From positions 3,136,001 to 3,200,000 of the forward strand of contig CAVYGB010000008.1 of assembly GCA_963767925.1 (NCBI GenBank): a DNA stretch of 64,000 bases. Reading direction: 5' to 3'. Source of the stretch: an uncultured delta proteobacterium (GTDB taxonomy: Bacteria > Myxococcota_A > Polyangia > Fen-1088). Both the position numbers and the translations under genes were made by a program. Positions 20,027-28,851 of this stretch are shown here, one piece after another; position 1 is the first letter of the stretch, and the number at the start of each line of letters is the position of its first letter. Below the pieces are notes generated by a model. The model ran no database searches. It saw only the letters and a program-made list of their open reading frames with translations, and was not told where the DNA came from.

Positions 20027-20857
20027 ATGAAGCGCCTCGCAACCACCACCTGGGCACCGGCGGCCGCCCTCCTGGCGACGCTGCTGGCAGCGGGCTGCTC
20101 GAGCGACCAGCCGCCCACCCGCTGCCAGAGCGCCAAGGGGGCCTTCTCCCTGAGGTACACCCTGGTCGAGGGGACGGGCACCTGCGCCAGCCTCAAGGGG
20201 GACACCGCCGGCCTCAACACCTACTGGCGGATCGAGGGCGACGTCCGCTCGGTCACCCGGGGCCCGCTGGCCATCCGCACCGACGAGATGGGCGCCCTCA
20301 TCGAGCAATATGGGGTCACCGCCGAATCGCGGGCGGTCGCCGCGCTCGGGGGCTTCGTCACCGACGATCCGGGCCCCGACGGCTTCTGCGACGTCAGCAT
20401 GACCTCGCCGGCCTCGCTGAAGCTGGAGCCGGTCCCGGCCATGCCCGCCGGAGACGCCGGCCTGACCGACCCCCTGCCCGGCATGGAGCTCACCCTGGAC
20501 TGGAGCAAGGTGCGCTTTTACGTCACCGCCGCCCAGCCGGGCACGATGTTCACCGCCCAGCTCAAATACGCCAAGACGGTCGACGGTCAGGCCTGCTCGG
20601 CGACCTACGACGTGGTGGGGCTCTGGCCGTCGATCCACTGCGAGGGCGAGATGATGGGTCAGGACGGCAAGCCGGTGGGCAGCGGCAAGCCGGACGATAG
20701 TCTGTGTCACCCCTGCGCCGACCCGTCGGTCGGGCGAGCGACCGGCTCGGGCATCAGCCCGACCCTCGACGTCTCCTGCGACGCCGAGACGCTCTCCTGC
20801 CTGCCCCGCAGCCCGGTCCCCTCGCTCCTGCCGCAGTCCCTGGTCTGCGGCGGCTGA
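20027..20857 (+). CDS. mlpA: MlpA-like lipoprotein
   Basis: Lipobox LAAGC; VRFY.TAAQPGT.FTAQLKY...WP..C...GSGISP pattern resembles M. xanthus MlpA as I recall it; synteny with oar; GGAGG RBS. Confidence 0.7.
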   Translation: MKRLATTTWAPAAALLATLLAAGCSSDQPPTRCQSAKGAFSLRYTLVEGTGTCASLKGDTAGLNTYWRIEGDVRSVTRGPLAIRTDEMGALIEQYGVTAESRAVAALGGFVTDDPGPDGFCDVSMTSPASLKLEPVPAMPAGDAGLTDPLPGMELTLDWSKVRFYVTAAQPGTMFTAQLKYAKTVDGQACSATYDVVGLWPSIHCEGEMMGQDGKPVGSGKPDDSLCHPCADPSVGRATGSGISPTLDVSCDAETLSCLPRSPVPSLLPQSLVCGG

Positions 20858-20873
20858 GCGGACAGGGCCCCGG

Positions 20874-21428
20874 CTACTGCCCGAGGAACAGCGCCATCAG
20901 GGCGGCGCGGTCCTCGGGCGTACGCCGGGCCAGGTCGGGCGGCAGGAAGATCTCTGCCGTCCCGACCATCCCCCGGCACACACGCCGGCCGGTGTAGCGG
21001 AAGGTCTCCATTTCGGCCCGCACCATGTCGTAGGTGCAGCCGCCGATCGAGCCGGCCATCTTGTTCGAGAGCAGCTCGATGGTGCCGAGCTTGCCGTTGT
21101 AGAGGCCCTTGAGAGCGAAGCCGCCGGGCCGCTCCTCCACGTAGAGCTCGGTCAGGCCCGAGCCGATCGACCCGAACACCTTCATCTCCGAGGTGCGCAG
21201 GTCGACCAGGCGGTTGCCGACGTGACCGCGAAAGCCTTCCTGCAGGCGCGACACCTCCACGTCGGGGCCGAACAGGCGGTCACCGTCGAGGCGGATCTGC
21301 TCGGTGCTGCTGGCCGTGCGGAGCGTGAAGTACTGCTCGTTGCCCCGCGAGGCGCCCGGGCCCGACAGGGCCGCGCAGCCGGTCGCCGCTGCCGCCAGAG
21401 TCACCATCAAGAGCCGCCCGCTAGCCAT
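20874..21428 (-). CDS. Hypothetical lipoprotein
   Basis: Lipobox AATGC, GGAGG RBS, high GC3. Confidence 0.7.
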   Translation of the reverse strand: MASGRLLMVTLAAAATGCAALSGPGASRGNEQYFTLRTASSTEQIRLDGDRLFGPDVEVSRLQEGFRGHVGNRLVDLRTSEMKVFGSIGSGLTELYVEERPGGFALKGLYNGKLGTIELLSNKMAGSIGGCTYDMVRAEMETFRYTGRRVCRGMVGTAEIFLPPDLARRTPEDRAALMALFLGQ

Positions 21429-21556
21429 GGATCGCCCTCCTACGGGATGGATCGTCGATTGTGGCAGAGACGGTCGGCCCGCTGAAGCGGGATCTTCCCC
21501 GCGCTGACGCAATCAGGCGCGCTGCTGTCCGGGCGGCGGCGTGGCCCCGAGGCCGC

Positions 21557-22216
21557 TCAGAGCTTCACGCCGACCGCCATGCCTTCGCCGGTAGGTAACA
21601 CGGTCGCCCGGAACTCGACCCCCGCGGCCAGGCGGCGGTGAAAGGCGTTCATCGATCGAGCCGCGGGCGAGGCCCCGGGGCCGGGGTCTTCCTTCAGGTC
21701 GCCGAACAGGAAGGCGTTGTCCCCCACCACCACCCCGCCCGGCCGCAGGTTGCGGCTGGCCCAGTCGAGGTACTGCTCGTACCCCTCCTTGTCGGCGTCG
21801 ATGAAGCAGAAGTCGAAGGGCCCCTCGCTGCTCAGGGTAGGGAGCTGCTGCAGAGCGGGCCCTCGCAGCAGCCGCACCCGATCGGCCACTCCTGCCCGCC
21901 GGAAGGTCTCGCTGGCGACCTCGGCGTGGCGGGGATCGGCCTCGATGGTGTAGAGCAGGCCGCCCGGCTGCAGCCCCCGAGCGATCGACACCCCCGAGTA
22001 GCCGGCCAGGGTCCCGATCTCCACCGCCCGCCGCACGCCGGTGACCCGCACCAGGATCTCGAGGTGGCGGGCGTCGAGCGCGGCCACCTGGATCTCGGGC
22101 AGCCCCGAGGCCCGGGCCCGCTCCCGGATCTCGCGCAGGACCTCGTCCTCGGGCTGGTACACCTGGCGCACGTATTTTTCCAGAGCGGGGTCGTCGTTTC
22201 CGAAGGACTTGTTCAT
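21557..22216 (-). CDS. SAM-dependent O-methyltransferase (caffeoyl-CoA OMT/COMT-like)
   Basis: EIGTLAGYS, FDFCFIDADK, GDN motifs. Confidence 0.92.
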   Translation of the reverse strand: MNKSFGNDDPALEKYVRQVYQPEDEVLREIRERARASGLPEIQVAALDARHLEILVRVTGVRRAVEIGTLAGYSGVSIARGLQPGGLLYTIEADPRHAEVASETFRRAGVADRVRLLRGPALQQLPTLSSEGPFDFCFIDADKEGYEQYLDWASRNLRPGGVVVGDNAFLFGDLKEDPGPGASPAARSMNAFHRRLAAGVEFRATVLPTGEGMAVGVKL

Positions 22217-22226
22217 GGGGCGGTCC

Positions 22227-23033
22227 TCATCTGGCGTTGGCGGAGGCGGGCGGGCGACCCACGAACTGTACCTCGAAGACGCGGGGCCACAGCTTGCCCG
22301 TGATCAGGAAGGTCCCGCGCTCGGGGACGTAGGCGATGCCGTTGAGCACGTCGGTCTCCGCCCGCTCGCTGCCGTCGAGCAGGCCGGAGGCGTCGATCCA
22401 GCCGGTGACCTCCCCGCTGCCGGGATCGATGCGGGCGATGTGGTCCGAGCCCCAGATGTTGGCGTAGACGGTTCCGTCGACGCACTCGAGCTCGTTGAGC
22501 TGGCGCACCGGCTGCCCCGCGCGCACCACCCGGACGCCGCCGCCCTCCTCGAAGCTGCGGGGGTCGCGGAAGACGAGGCGATCGCTGCCGTCGCTCATGA
22601 TCAGCCGCCTGCCGTCGTGGCAGAGCCCCCAGCCCTCACCCGGGTAGGCGTGCTCGCGCACGCGCTGCAGGTTCGACAGGTTCCAGACGAAGGCCCGCCC
22701 GTTCTTCCAGGTGAGCTGGACGAGCTCGTCGCCCACCCGGGCCAGGCCCTCGCCGAACAGGTCGGGGTCGAGCGCCACCTCGGCCTGGACCGCGCCGCTG
22801 TCGGGATCGACCCGGCGGATCGAGGAGCGTCCCAGCAGCCCGGTGCTCTCGTACAGGCCGCCGTCGAAGTAGACCAGCCCCTGGGTGAAGGCCTTCGTGT
22901 CGTGGGGGTAGACGCGCACAACCCGCGTGACCAGCTCCTCCACGCGCCGGGGCCCCGCCGCCTGGGGGGGCGTCCTGTTGGCGCACGCCGCCAGCGACAG
23001 CGCCAGGATGAGCGCGGAGAGGGACCTGGCCAT
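22227..23033 (-). CDS. Glutaminyl-peptide cyclotransferase (lipoprotein)
   Basis: FTQGL, LYESTG, FGEGL, GEGWGL, LNELE, VLNGIA, TGKLWP motifs; lipobox LAAC. Confidence 0.93.
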   Translation of the reverse strand: MARSLSALILALSLAACANRTPPQAAGPRRVEELVTRVVRVYPHDTKAFTQGLVYFDGGLYESTGLLGRSSIRRVDPDSGAVQAEVALDPDLFGEGLARVGDELVQLTWKNGRAFVWNLSNLQRVREHAYPGEGWGLCHDGRRLIMSDGSDRLVFRDPRSFEEGGGVRVVRAGQPVRQLNELECVDGTVYANIWGSDHIARIDPGSGEVTGWIDASGLLDGSERAETDVLNGIAYVPERGTFLITGKLWPRVFEVQFVGRPPASANAR

Positions 23034-23100
23034 GGACAACCTGCCTCGCATCTTAACAGCGCGGCCCCCCGCGACCAGGGGGCGAGACGCTGGACCTGCC

Positions 23101-23763
23101 TCAGAACTGGGCGGGCTTGTCGAGCGCCCGGCGCAGGCGGGCCAGGTACTCGCGGCGCGTGATCTCGGTGGCGCCCATGCTCATCAGGTGGGGGTTGGGG
23201 ACCTGGGCGTCCAGCAGGATGAACCCCCGTTCGCGCAGGTGATCGACGAGGAACGACATCGCCGCCTTCGAGGCGTCGGTGGCCCGGTGGAACATGGACT
23301 CGCCGCCGAAGAAGGCCCCGAAGGTCACGCCGTAGAGGCCCCCCACGAGCTGGGCGCCGGCGTAGACCTCCACGCTGTGGGCGTGGCCCCGCCGGTGCAG
23401 ATCGGTGTACGCGGTGATGAAGTCCTCGCTGATCCAGGTGCTGGGGCGGTTGGCCCCGGGCGCGGCGCAGGCCCGCATCACCCCCTCGAAGTCGCGATCG
23501 ATGGCGAAGGTCCACTCGGCCCGGCGGATGGTCTTGCGCACGCTGCGGGCGGCCCGGAAGTCGTCGAGGTCGAAGATGGCCCGCGGATCGGGGCACCACC
23601 AGGTGATCTCTGGATCCGAGGACCAGGGAAAGACGCCCGCCCGGTAGGCCCGCACCAGCGTGTCGGGGTCGAGCGAGCCGCCCACCGCGACCAGCCCCTC
23701 GGGCCAGCCTTCGTCGTCCCCGATCGAGGACGGGTCGGCACGTTTGTCGGAATCGCCATCCAT
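23101..23763 (-). CDS. aat: Leucyl/phenylalanyl-tRNA--protein transferase
   Basis: AYRAGVFPW, WWCPDPR, GHAHSVEV, LVGGLYG, FGGESMF, DASK motifs. Confidence 0.95.
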   Translation of the reverse strand: MDGDSDKRADPSSIGDDEGWPEGLVAVGGSLDPDTLVRAYRAGVFPWSSDPEITWWCPDPRAIFDLDDFRAARSVRKTIRRAEWTFAIDRDFEGVMRACAAPGANRPSTWISEDFITAYTDLHRRGHAHSVEVYAGAQLVGGLYGVTFGAFFGGESMFHRATDASKAAMSFLVDHLRERGFILLDAQVPNPHLMSMGATEITRREYLARLRRALDKPAQF

Positions 23764-23898
23764 GGACTTCTGGGAGTCTAGCGAAAGAACCGACCGCCCA
23801 CCTTTGACACAGCGGGTTGGCCTGACTGCACAGTAAATGGGTCGTAAAAAGCCTGCCAGAGCCCCGGAACCGTTTTCGGCAGCTCGGCCGCGACCTAT

Positions 23899-25890
23899 AT
23901 GATAGCTCCCGCCGTGGCTGACCAGGCAATTTCAACCCTCCGAGTCCTCCTGGTGTTTCCCCTCGTCTCGCTGGCGGGGGCTGCCTGGGCGGCCCCTCCG
24001 CCCGTGGACTTCGCCAGTGAGGTGCTGCCCATCTTCGAGAAGGCTTGCGTCTCCTGCCACGGGCCCAAAAAGGCCCAGGGGGGCCTGCAGCTCACCAGCG
24101 CCCGGCGCCTCATGAAAGGTGGCATCACCGACGACCTGATCGTGCCCGGAAAGTCGGCGCTGAGCTACCTCGTCATCCGGATGCTGGGCGAAGGGGGCGA
24201 GGACCGCATGCCCCTCAAGAAGCCGGAGCTGCCCGAGGCGGAGATCGCCCTCATCAAGCGCTGGATCGACGAGGGGGCGACGCTGCCCCCGGAGGCGCCG
24301 CTGCGCTTCGTGCCAGCGCCGGCCGGGCTCAAGCGGCTCACCAGCGACCAGTACCACAACACCCTGCGCGACCTGTTCGGCGAGACCTTGCCCCTGCCCA
24401 CCAACCTCGAGCCCGACACCCTGGTGGCGGGGTCGGCCACCGTGGGAGCGGCCCGCATCGGGCTGTCGGAAAACGGGGTGGAGAAGTTCGCCCGCGCCGC
24501 CTTCGAGCTGGCCGGCGCGGCCCTGCGCGACGAGGGCTTCCAGCGCCGATACGTCCCCTGCCCGGCCAGCGGCGCCTTCGACGAGGCCTGCGCCAGCAGC
24601 TTCATCACCGGCTTCGGCCGGCGGGCCTGGCGCAGGCCCCTGCTGCCCGAGGAGACTGCGCGTTACCTGCGGCTCGCCCGCGAGGTGGCCGGTCCCCCCG
24701 GGGGCAAGGGCCGCGGGCTGGGCGGCGGGCTGGCGGCGGTGACGGCCGCCCTGCTGCAGTCCCCGCATTTCCTCTACCGGAGCGAGCTCGGGACTCCCGA
24801 TCCCAAGGACCCCACCCGCCGCCGCCTCACCGACTACGAGATGGCCTCCCGGCTGGCCTACTTCCTGTGGGGGGCGCCCCCCGACGACCGGCTCCTCGAC
24901 GCCGCCGAGGCCGGCCGGCTGGCCACCGACGCGGGCCTCTCGGCGGAGACCGAGCGGATGCTGAAGTCGCCCCGGGCCCGCGAGACCATGTCCGGCTTCT
25001 TCGTGGAGCTGTTCCGCCTGCGCCGGCTCGACCGCCTGTACGAGGGGCGCGGCAAGCACCCGAAGTTCACGACCACGGTACCCCAGGCGATGAAGGGCGA
25101 GACCCTGCGGGTGATCGAGGAGATCGCCTTCGATCCGGCGCGCGACTTCCGCGAGATCTTCTCGACCCGCTTCAGCTACGTCAACGAGGAGCTGGCTCGG
25201 CTCTACGGCCTGCCCGGGCCCGCCCCGGGCAGCAAGCCGGCCGACGACAAGACCTTCCGGCGGGTCACCTTCTCGGCGGACAACCCCCGCACCGGCGTGC
25301 TGGGCCAGGCCGCCTTCCTGTCGATCTTCGCCCACTCGAACTCGTCCTCGCCGACCCGGCGGGGCAAGTTCATCCGCGAGGCGCTGCTCTGTCAGGCGGT
25401 GCCGCCCCCGCCCCCCAGCGTCGACACCCGCCTGCCGAAGGACAAGGAGGGGGTGGTCCGCACCACCCGGCAGAAGCTGCAAGAGCACCGGGACAACCCG
25501 CGCTGCAACGGCTGCCACAAGGCCATGGATCCCCTGGGCCTGGCCTTCGAGGGGTTCGACAACCTCGGCATCCAGCGCAAGGCCGACGCCGGCCTGCCCA
25601 TCGACACCAGCGGGGAGGTCGACGGGACCCCCTTCAAGACGCCGGCCGAGATGGGGGCCCTGCTGGCCAGGAACCCGAAGATCGGGGCCTGCGTCGCCCG
25701 CTCCCTGTTCCGCTACGCCCTCGGCAGCCTCGAGAGCGAGGGGGAAGAGCCCCTGCTCGAGGAGCTGGCCCGCGGCCTCGAGCGCGACGGCTACCGCTTC
25801 GTCGCCCTGGTGGCCAACGTGATCAAGAGCGAAGGTTTCCGGTATCTGTCCGCCCCCGCCGACGACAAGACGACCGCACAGCTTCATTGA
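23899..25890 (+). CDS. DUF1592-family (PSD domains) protein with N-terminal Planctomycete cytochrome c domain
   Basis: CVSCHG; RLT..QY.NTLRDL, LQSPHFLYR, ASRLAYFLW, SPTRRG, CNGCHKAMDPLG. Confidence 0.9.
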   Translation: MIAPAVADQAISTLRVLLVFPLVSLAGAAWAAPPPVDFASEVLPIFEKACVSCHGPKKAQGGLQLTSARRLMKGGITDDLIVPGKSALSYLVIRMLGEGGEDRMPLKKPELPEAEIALIKRWIDEGATLPPEAPLRFVPAPAGLKRLTSDQYHNTLRDLFGETLPLPTNLEPDTLVAGSATVGAARIGLSENGVEKFARAAFELAGAALRDEGFQRRYVPCPASGAFDEACASSFITGFGRRAWRRPLLPEETARYLRLAREVAGPPGGKGRGLGGGLAAVTAALLQSPHFLYRSELGTPDPKDPTRRRLTDYEMASRLAYFLWGAPPDDRLLDAAEAGRLATDAGLSAETERMLKSPRARETMSGFFVELFRLRRLDRLYEGRGKHPKFTTTVPQAMKGETLRVIEEIAFDPARDFREIFSTRFSYVNEELARLYGLPGPAPGSKPADDKTFRRVTFSADNPRTGVLGQAAFLSIFAHSNSSSPTRRGKFIREALLCQAVPPPPPSVDTRLPKDKEGVVRTTRQKLQEHRDNPRCNGCHKAMDPLGLAFEGFDNLGIQRKADAGLPIDTSGEVDGTPFKTPAEMGALLARNPKIGACVARSLFRYALGSLESEGEEPLLEELARGLERDGYRFVALVANVIKSEGFRYLSAPADDKTTAQLH

Positions 25891-25990
25891 CCCGGGACGT
25901 GACGGCGGGCCCCGGCCCGACGGCGCGTCCTGCCCGGTTCGCGGGACCCTCCCCGGGTCCCTTCCAGACAAAGCACAGGAGCACCCACCC

Positions 25991-27367
25991 ATGCCGCTCG
26001 CAAAGAAGCTCGACCGCCGCACCCTCCTTCGAGGCGCCCTGGGCGGCGCCGCCGTCACGGTGGCCCTGCCGACCCTGGAGGCCATGCTCAACGGCAACGG
26101 CACCGCGCTGGCCGCCGGCCAGCGGCTGCCCCGCCGGCTGGGGGTCTTCTTCTGGGGCAACGGCATCCGCCACAGCCACTGGGTCCCCGCCCAGCGCGGC
26201 GCCCGCTGGAACCTGAGCGACGAGCTCGAGCCGCTCGCCCCGGTCAAGAAGTACATCAACGTCGTGACCGGGATGCTGGTGAAGACCGGCAACGAGCAGG
26301 GGCACCACGCCGGCACGGTCGGCATCCTCTCGGGCTGCCCGATGGTGTCGCAGCCCCACCCGAGCTCGGCCTACGCCTCCACCTTCAGCGCCCCCTCCAT
26401 CGACCAGGTGGCGGCCTCGGTGATCGGCAAGACGACCCCCTTCCGCTCGCTCGAGGTGGGCGTCTCCCGGCAGGTGACGGAGAACGAGGGGACCACCCTG
26501 CTCTACCTCTCGCACCGCGGGCCCGACGCGCCCAACCCGCCGGAATACGATCCGGTGCGGGTGTTCGACCGCCTGTTCGGGGCGGCGGGGCGGCCAGGGA
26601 CGGGGCTGGGCGCCGACTCGGCGCTGGAGAGCGGCCGGCAGATGGGACGCAGCGTGCTCGACGTGGTGGCGGAGGACGCCCGGCTGCTCGAACGTCAGCT
26701 CGGCAGCAGCGACCGCCGGCGCATGGCCCTGCACCTCGATGGCATCCGCGAGGTGGAGAAGCGGGTCAGCCGGGAGTGGCGCCGCGCGGCCCAGTGCCTG
26801 GCGGGGGATCGACCGGGCCTGCTGCCGGCCGCCGTGAGCCAGGAGCCCCACTCCCAGATCAACGAGGCCATGAGCCGGCTGACGGCGCTGGCCCTCTCTT
26901 GCGATCTCACCCGCGTCTTCTCCTTCATGTTCTCGGGCAGCGTGGGCGAGACCAGCTACTGGGAGGTCGGCCAGGACCAGTCGCACCACCAGTTCACCCA
27001 CGACGAGAACGGGGATCAGCCGACCGTGCACGCGGCGACCGTGTTCGTGATGCAGCAGTTCTCCCGGCTGCTGCAGACCCTGCAGGCGACGCCCGACGGC
27101 GCCGGCAACCTGCTCGACAGCTCGGTGATCCTGGCCTCCAGCGACACCGCGGACGCGCGGGCCCACGACCTGAAGGACTACCCGGTGCTGATCGCAGGCC
27201 GGGGGGGCGGGTTCCTCAAGTACCCGGGCATCCACTACCGGTCGGACAGCCAGGAGAACACCAGCAAGGCCCTGCTCAGCGTGCTCCGGGCCGCCGGTCT
27301 CCCCCTGGCCAGCTTCGGTCAGAAGGGCGGCCAGGTGGCGGAGAGCCTCACCGCCATCGAGGCCTGA
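25991..27367 (+). CDS. DUF1552-family protein (Tat-like signal)
   Basis: DRRTLLRGA..VALPTLEAM, PSIDQV, ALSCDLTRV; usual partner of DUF1592 genes. Confidence 0.9.
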   Translation: MPLAKKLDRRTLLRGALGGAAVTVALPTLEAMLNGNGTALAAGQRLPRRLGVFFWGNGIRHSHWVPAQRGARWNLSDELEPLAPVKKYINVVTGMLVKTGNEQGHHAGTVGILSGCPMVSQPHPSSAYASTFSAPSIDQVAASVIGKTTPFRSLEVGVSRQVTENEGTTLLYLSHRGPDAPNPPEYDPVRVFDRLFGAAGRPGTGLGADSALESGRQMGRSVLDVVAEDARLLERQLGSSDRRRMALHLDGIREVEKRVSREWRRAAQCLAGDRPGLLPAAVSQEPHSQINEAMSRLTALALSCDLTRVFSFMFSGSVGETSYWEVGQDQSHHQFTHDENGDQPTVHAATVFVMQQFSRLLQTLQATPDGAGNLLDSSVILASSDTADARAHDLKDYPVLIAGRGGGFLKYPGIHYRSDSQENTSKALLSVLRAAGLPLASFGQKGGQVAESLTAIEA

Positions 27368-27490
27368 GGCCGGCCTGCGGCGGCGCGGCCGGAGACGAGG
27401 GCGCCTAACGAGGCGCGTCCGCCGCGCGCCGCCAGGGGACACTATCCCCTTGGACGAAGCGGGGGGTTTTTCGTAGAACCATCCTGCATC

Positions 27491-28483
27491 ATGCCCCGCG
27501 TCTGGCCGTCCCACCGCCCCTGGCCGGTCCCGTCCGGGCACGCCGTCGTTTTCGCCTTCTTTGCCCTGGTCCTCGCCGCGGCCTCGCCCGCCGCGGCGGC
27601 CCGCGGCCGGCCGCCCCCTGTTGTGGGGCGCTGGAACCTCACCGTCACCGGGGCCGACGGCGTCACCTTCCCCTCCTGGCTGGAGATCACCTTCGACGAC
27701 GCCGGCAAGCTCGGCGGCCGGCTGTGCGGGCGGGTCGGGGTGGCCGAGCCGCTGGCCCGGGTGGAGTGGAAGAAGAACCAGCTCACCTTCGTCGACGTCG
27801 AGCCGGCCGGCGGTGGCCGCAACGTCGAGCGCCTGTACCGCGCCAAGATCGCCTTCGGGATGCTCGACGGCCAGATCAGCGGGCCCAGCGGTCCGCCCTG
27901 GAGCTTCATCGGGGCGCGCCCCCCGAAGTTCCGGGAACGGGGGCGGGTCCCCTGGGGCAAGGGCGTGCCCCTCATCAGCAAGGGGCTGCTGGGCTGGCGC
28001 CTGCGGGCCAGCGACAGGGGCTCCTGCTGGAAGGAGGTCGGCGGCGTGCTCGGCAACCACAGCCCCTGCGTCGACATCGTCAGCGACGGGCGCTACCAGG
28101 ACTTCCGGGTCCGCCTCGAGTTCAAGCTGGCCAGGGGGAGCCGCACGGGGGTCTACCTGCGTGGCCGTTACGAGGTCCCGCTGCGCGACGACGCCGGGGA
28201 GCGGCCGTCGAACCGGGGCACCGGCGCCGTGCATGGCCTGACGGTGCCCCTGCGCAACGCCGCCGGCGCGGCCGAGGCCTGGCAGTCGCTCGACGTCACG
28301 ATGATTGGCCGGCGCATCACCGCGCTGATCAACGGCGTCCGGGTGCTCGAGAACCACGAGATCCCCGGCCCCACCGGAGGCGCCCTCGACAGCGAGGAGG
28401 CCATCCCGGGGCCGATCATGCTGCGGGGGGACCAGGGTGAGGTGGCCTTCCGGAACATCGTCGTCTCGCCGGCGCTGTGGTGA
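27491..28483 (+). CDS. DUF1080 (3-keto-disaccharide hydrolase-like) secreted protein
   Basis: YQDF.VRLEFK, GVYLRGRYEV, GPIML.GD.GEVAFRNI motifs. Confidence 0.85.
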   Translation: MPRVWPSHRPWPVPSGHAVVFAFFALVLAAASPAAAARGRPPPVVGRWNLTVTGADGVTFPSWLEITFDDAGKLGGRLCGRVGVAEPLARVEWKKNQLTFVDVEPAGGGRNVERLYRAKIAFGMLDGQISGPSGPPWSFIGARPPKFRERGRVPWGKGVPLISKGLLGWRLRASDRGSCWKEVGGVLGNHSPCVDIVSDGRYQDFRVRLEFKLARGSRTGVYLRGRYEVPLRDDAGERPSNRGTGAVHGLTVPLRNAAGAAEAWQSLDVTMIGRRITALINGVRVLENHEIPGPTGGALDSEEAIPGPIMLRGDQGEVAFRNIVVSPALW

Positions 28484-28797
28484 ACGACCGCTCCAACCCG
28501 ATCGAGCTGGAGATCGTCGAGGAGAAGGCGGGCACCCTGGCCCGCGTGGCCGAGCGCCTGGAGGCCTCCCTGCGGGCCCTGGAGGCGATCGAGCAGCGGC
28601 TGGCCGGCGCGCCGGGCGACGGGGCCGCGCTGGCGCTGCGGGAGGAGCTGCTGGGGGAGGCGGCGGAGTGGCTCTGGTTCCTGGTGGTCCAGCGCGAGGT
28701 TGTCGGCGCCACCAGCCACGATGCGCTGTTCGAGGTTTACCGGATCCCCGCCGCGGTCCGCCGGCGGATGGGTCCCCGGCGCCGGCCCGGCGGCTGA
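28477..28797 (+). CDS. Small helical protein (DUF6665-like)
   Basis: EKAGTL...W.LVVQRE..G......Y.IP..V..RMG pattern. Confidence 0.65.
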   Translation: MVNDRSNPIELEIVEEKAGTLARVAERLEASLRALEAIEQRLAGAPGDGAALALREELLGEAAEWLWFLVVQREVVGATSHDALFEVYRIPAAVRRRMGPRRRPGG

Positions 28798-28851
28798 GCC
28801 GACCGGCGCCTTCGCGGCCTATTTCGCGGCGGGCGCGGGTATTCTCCCCCC

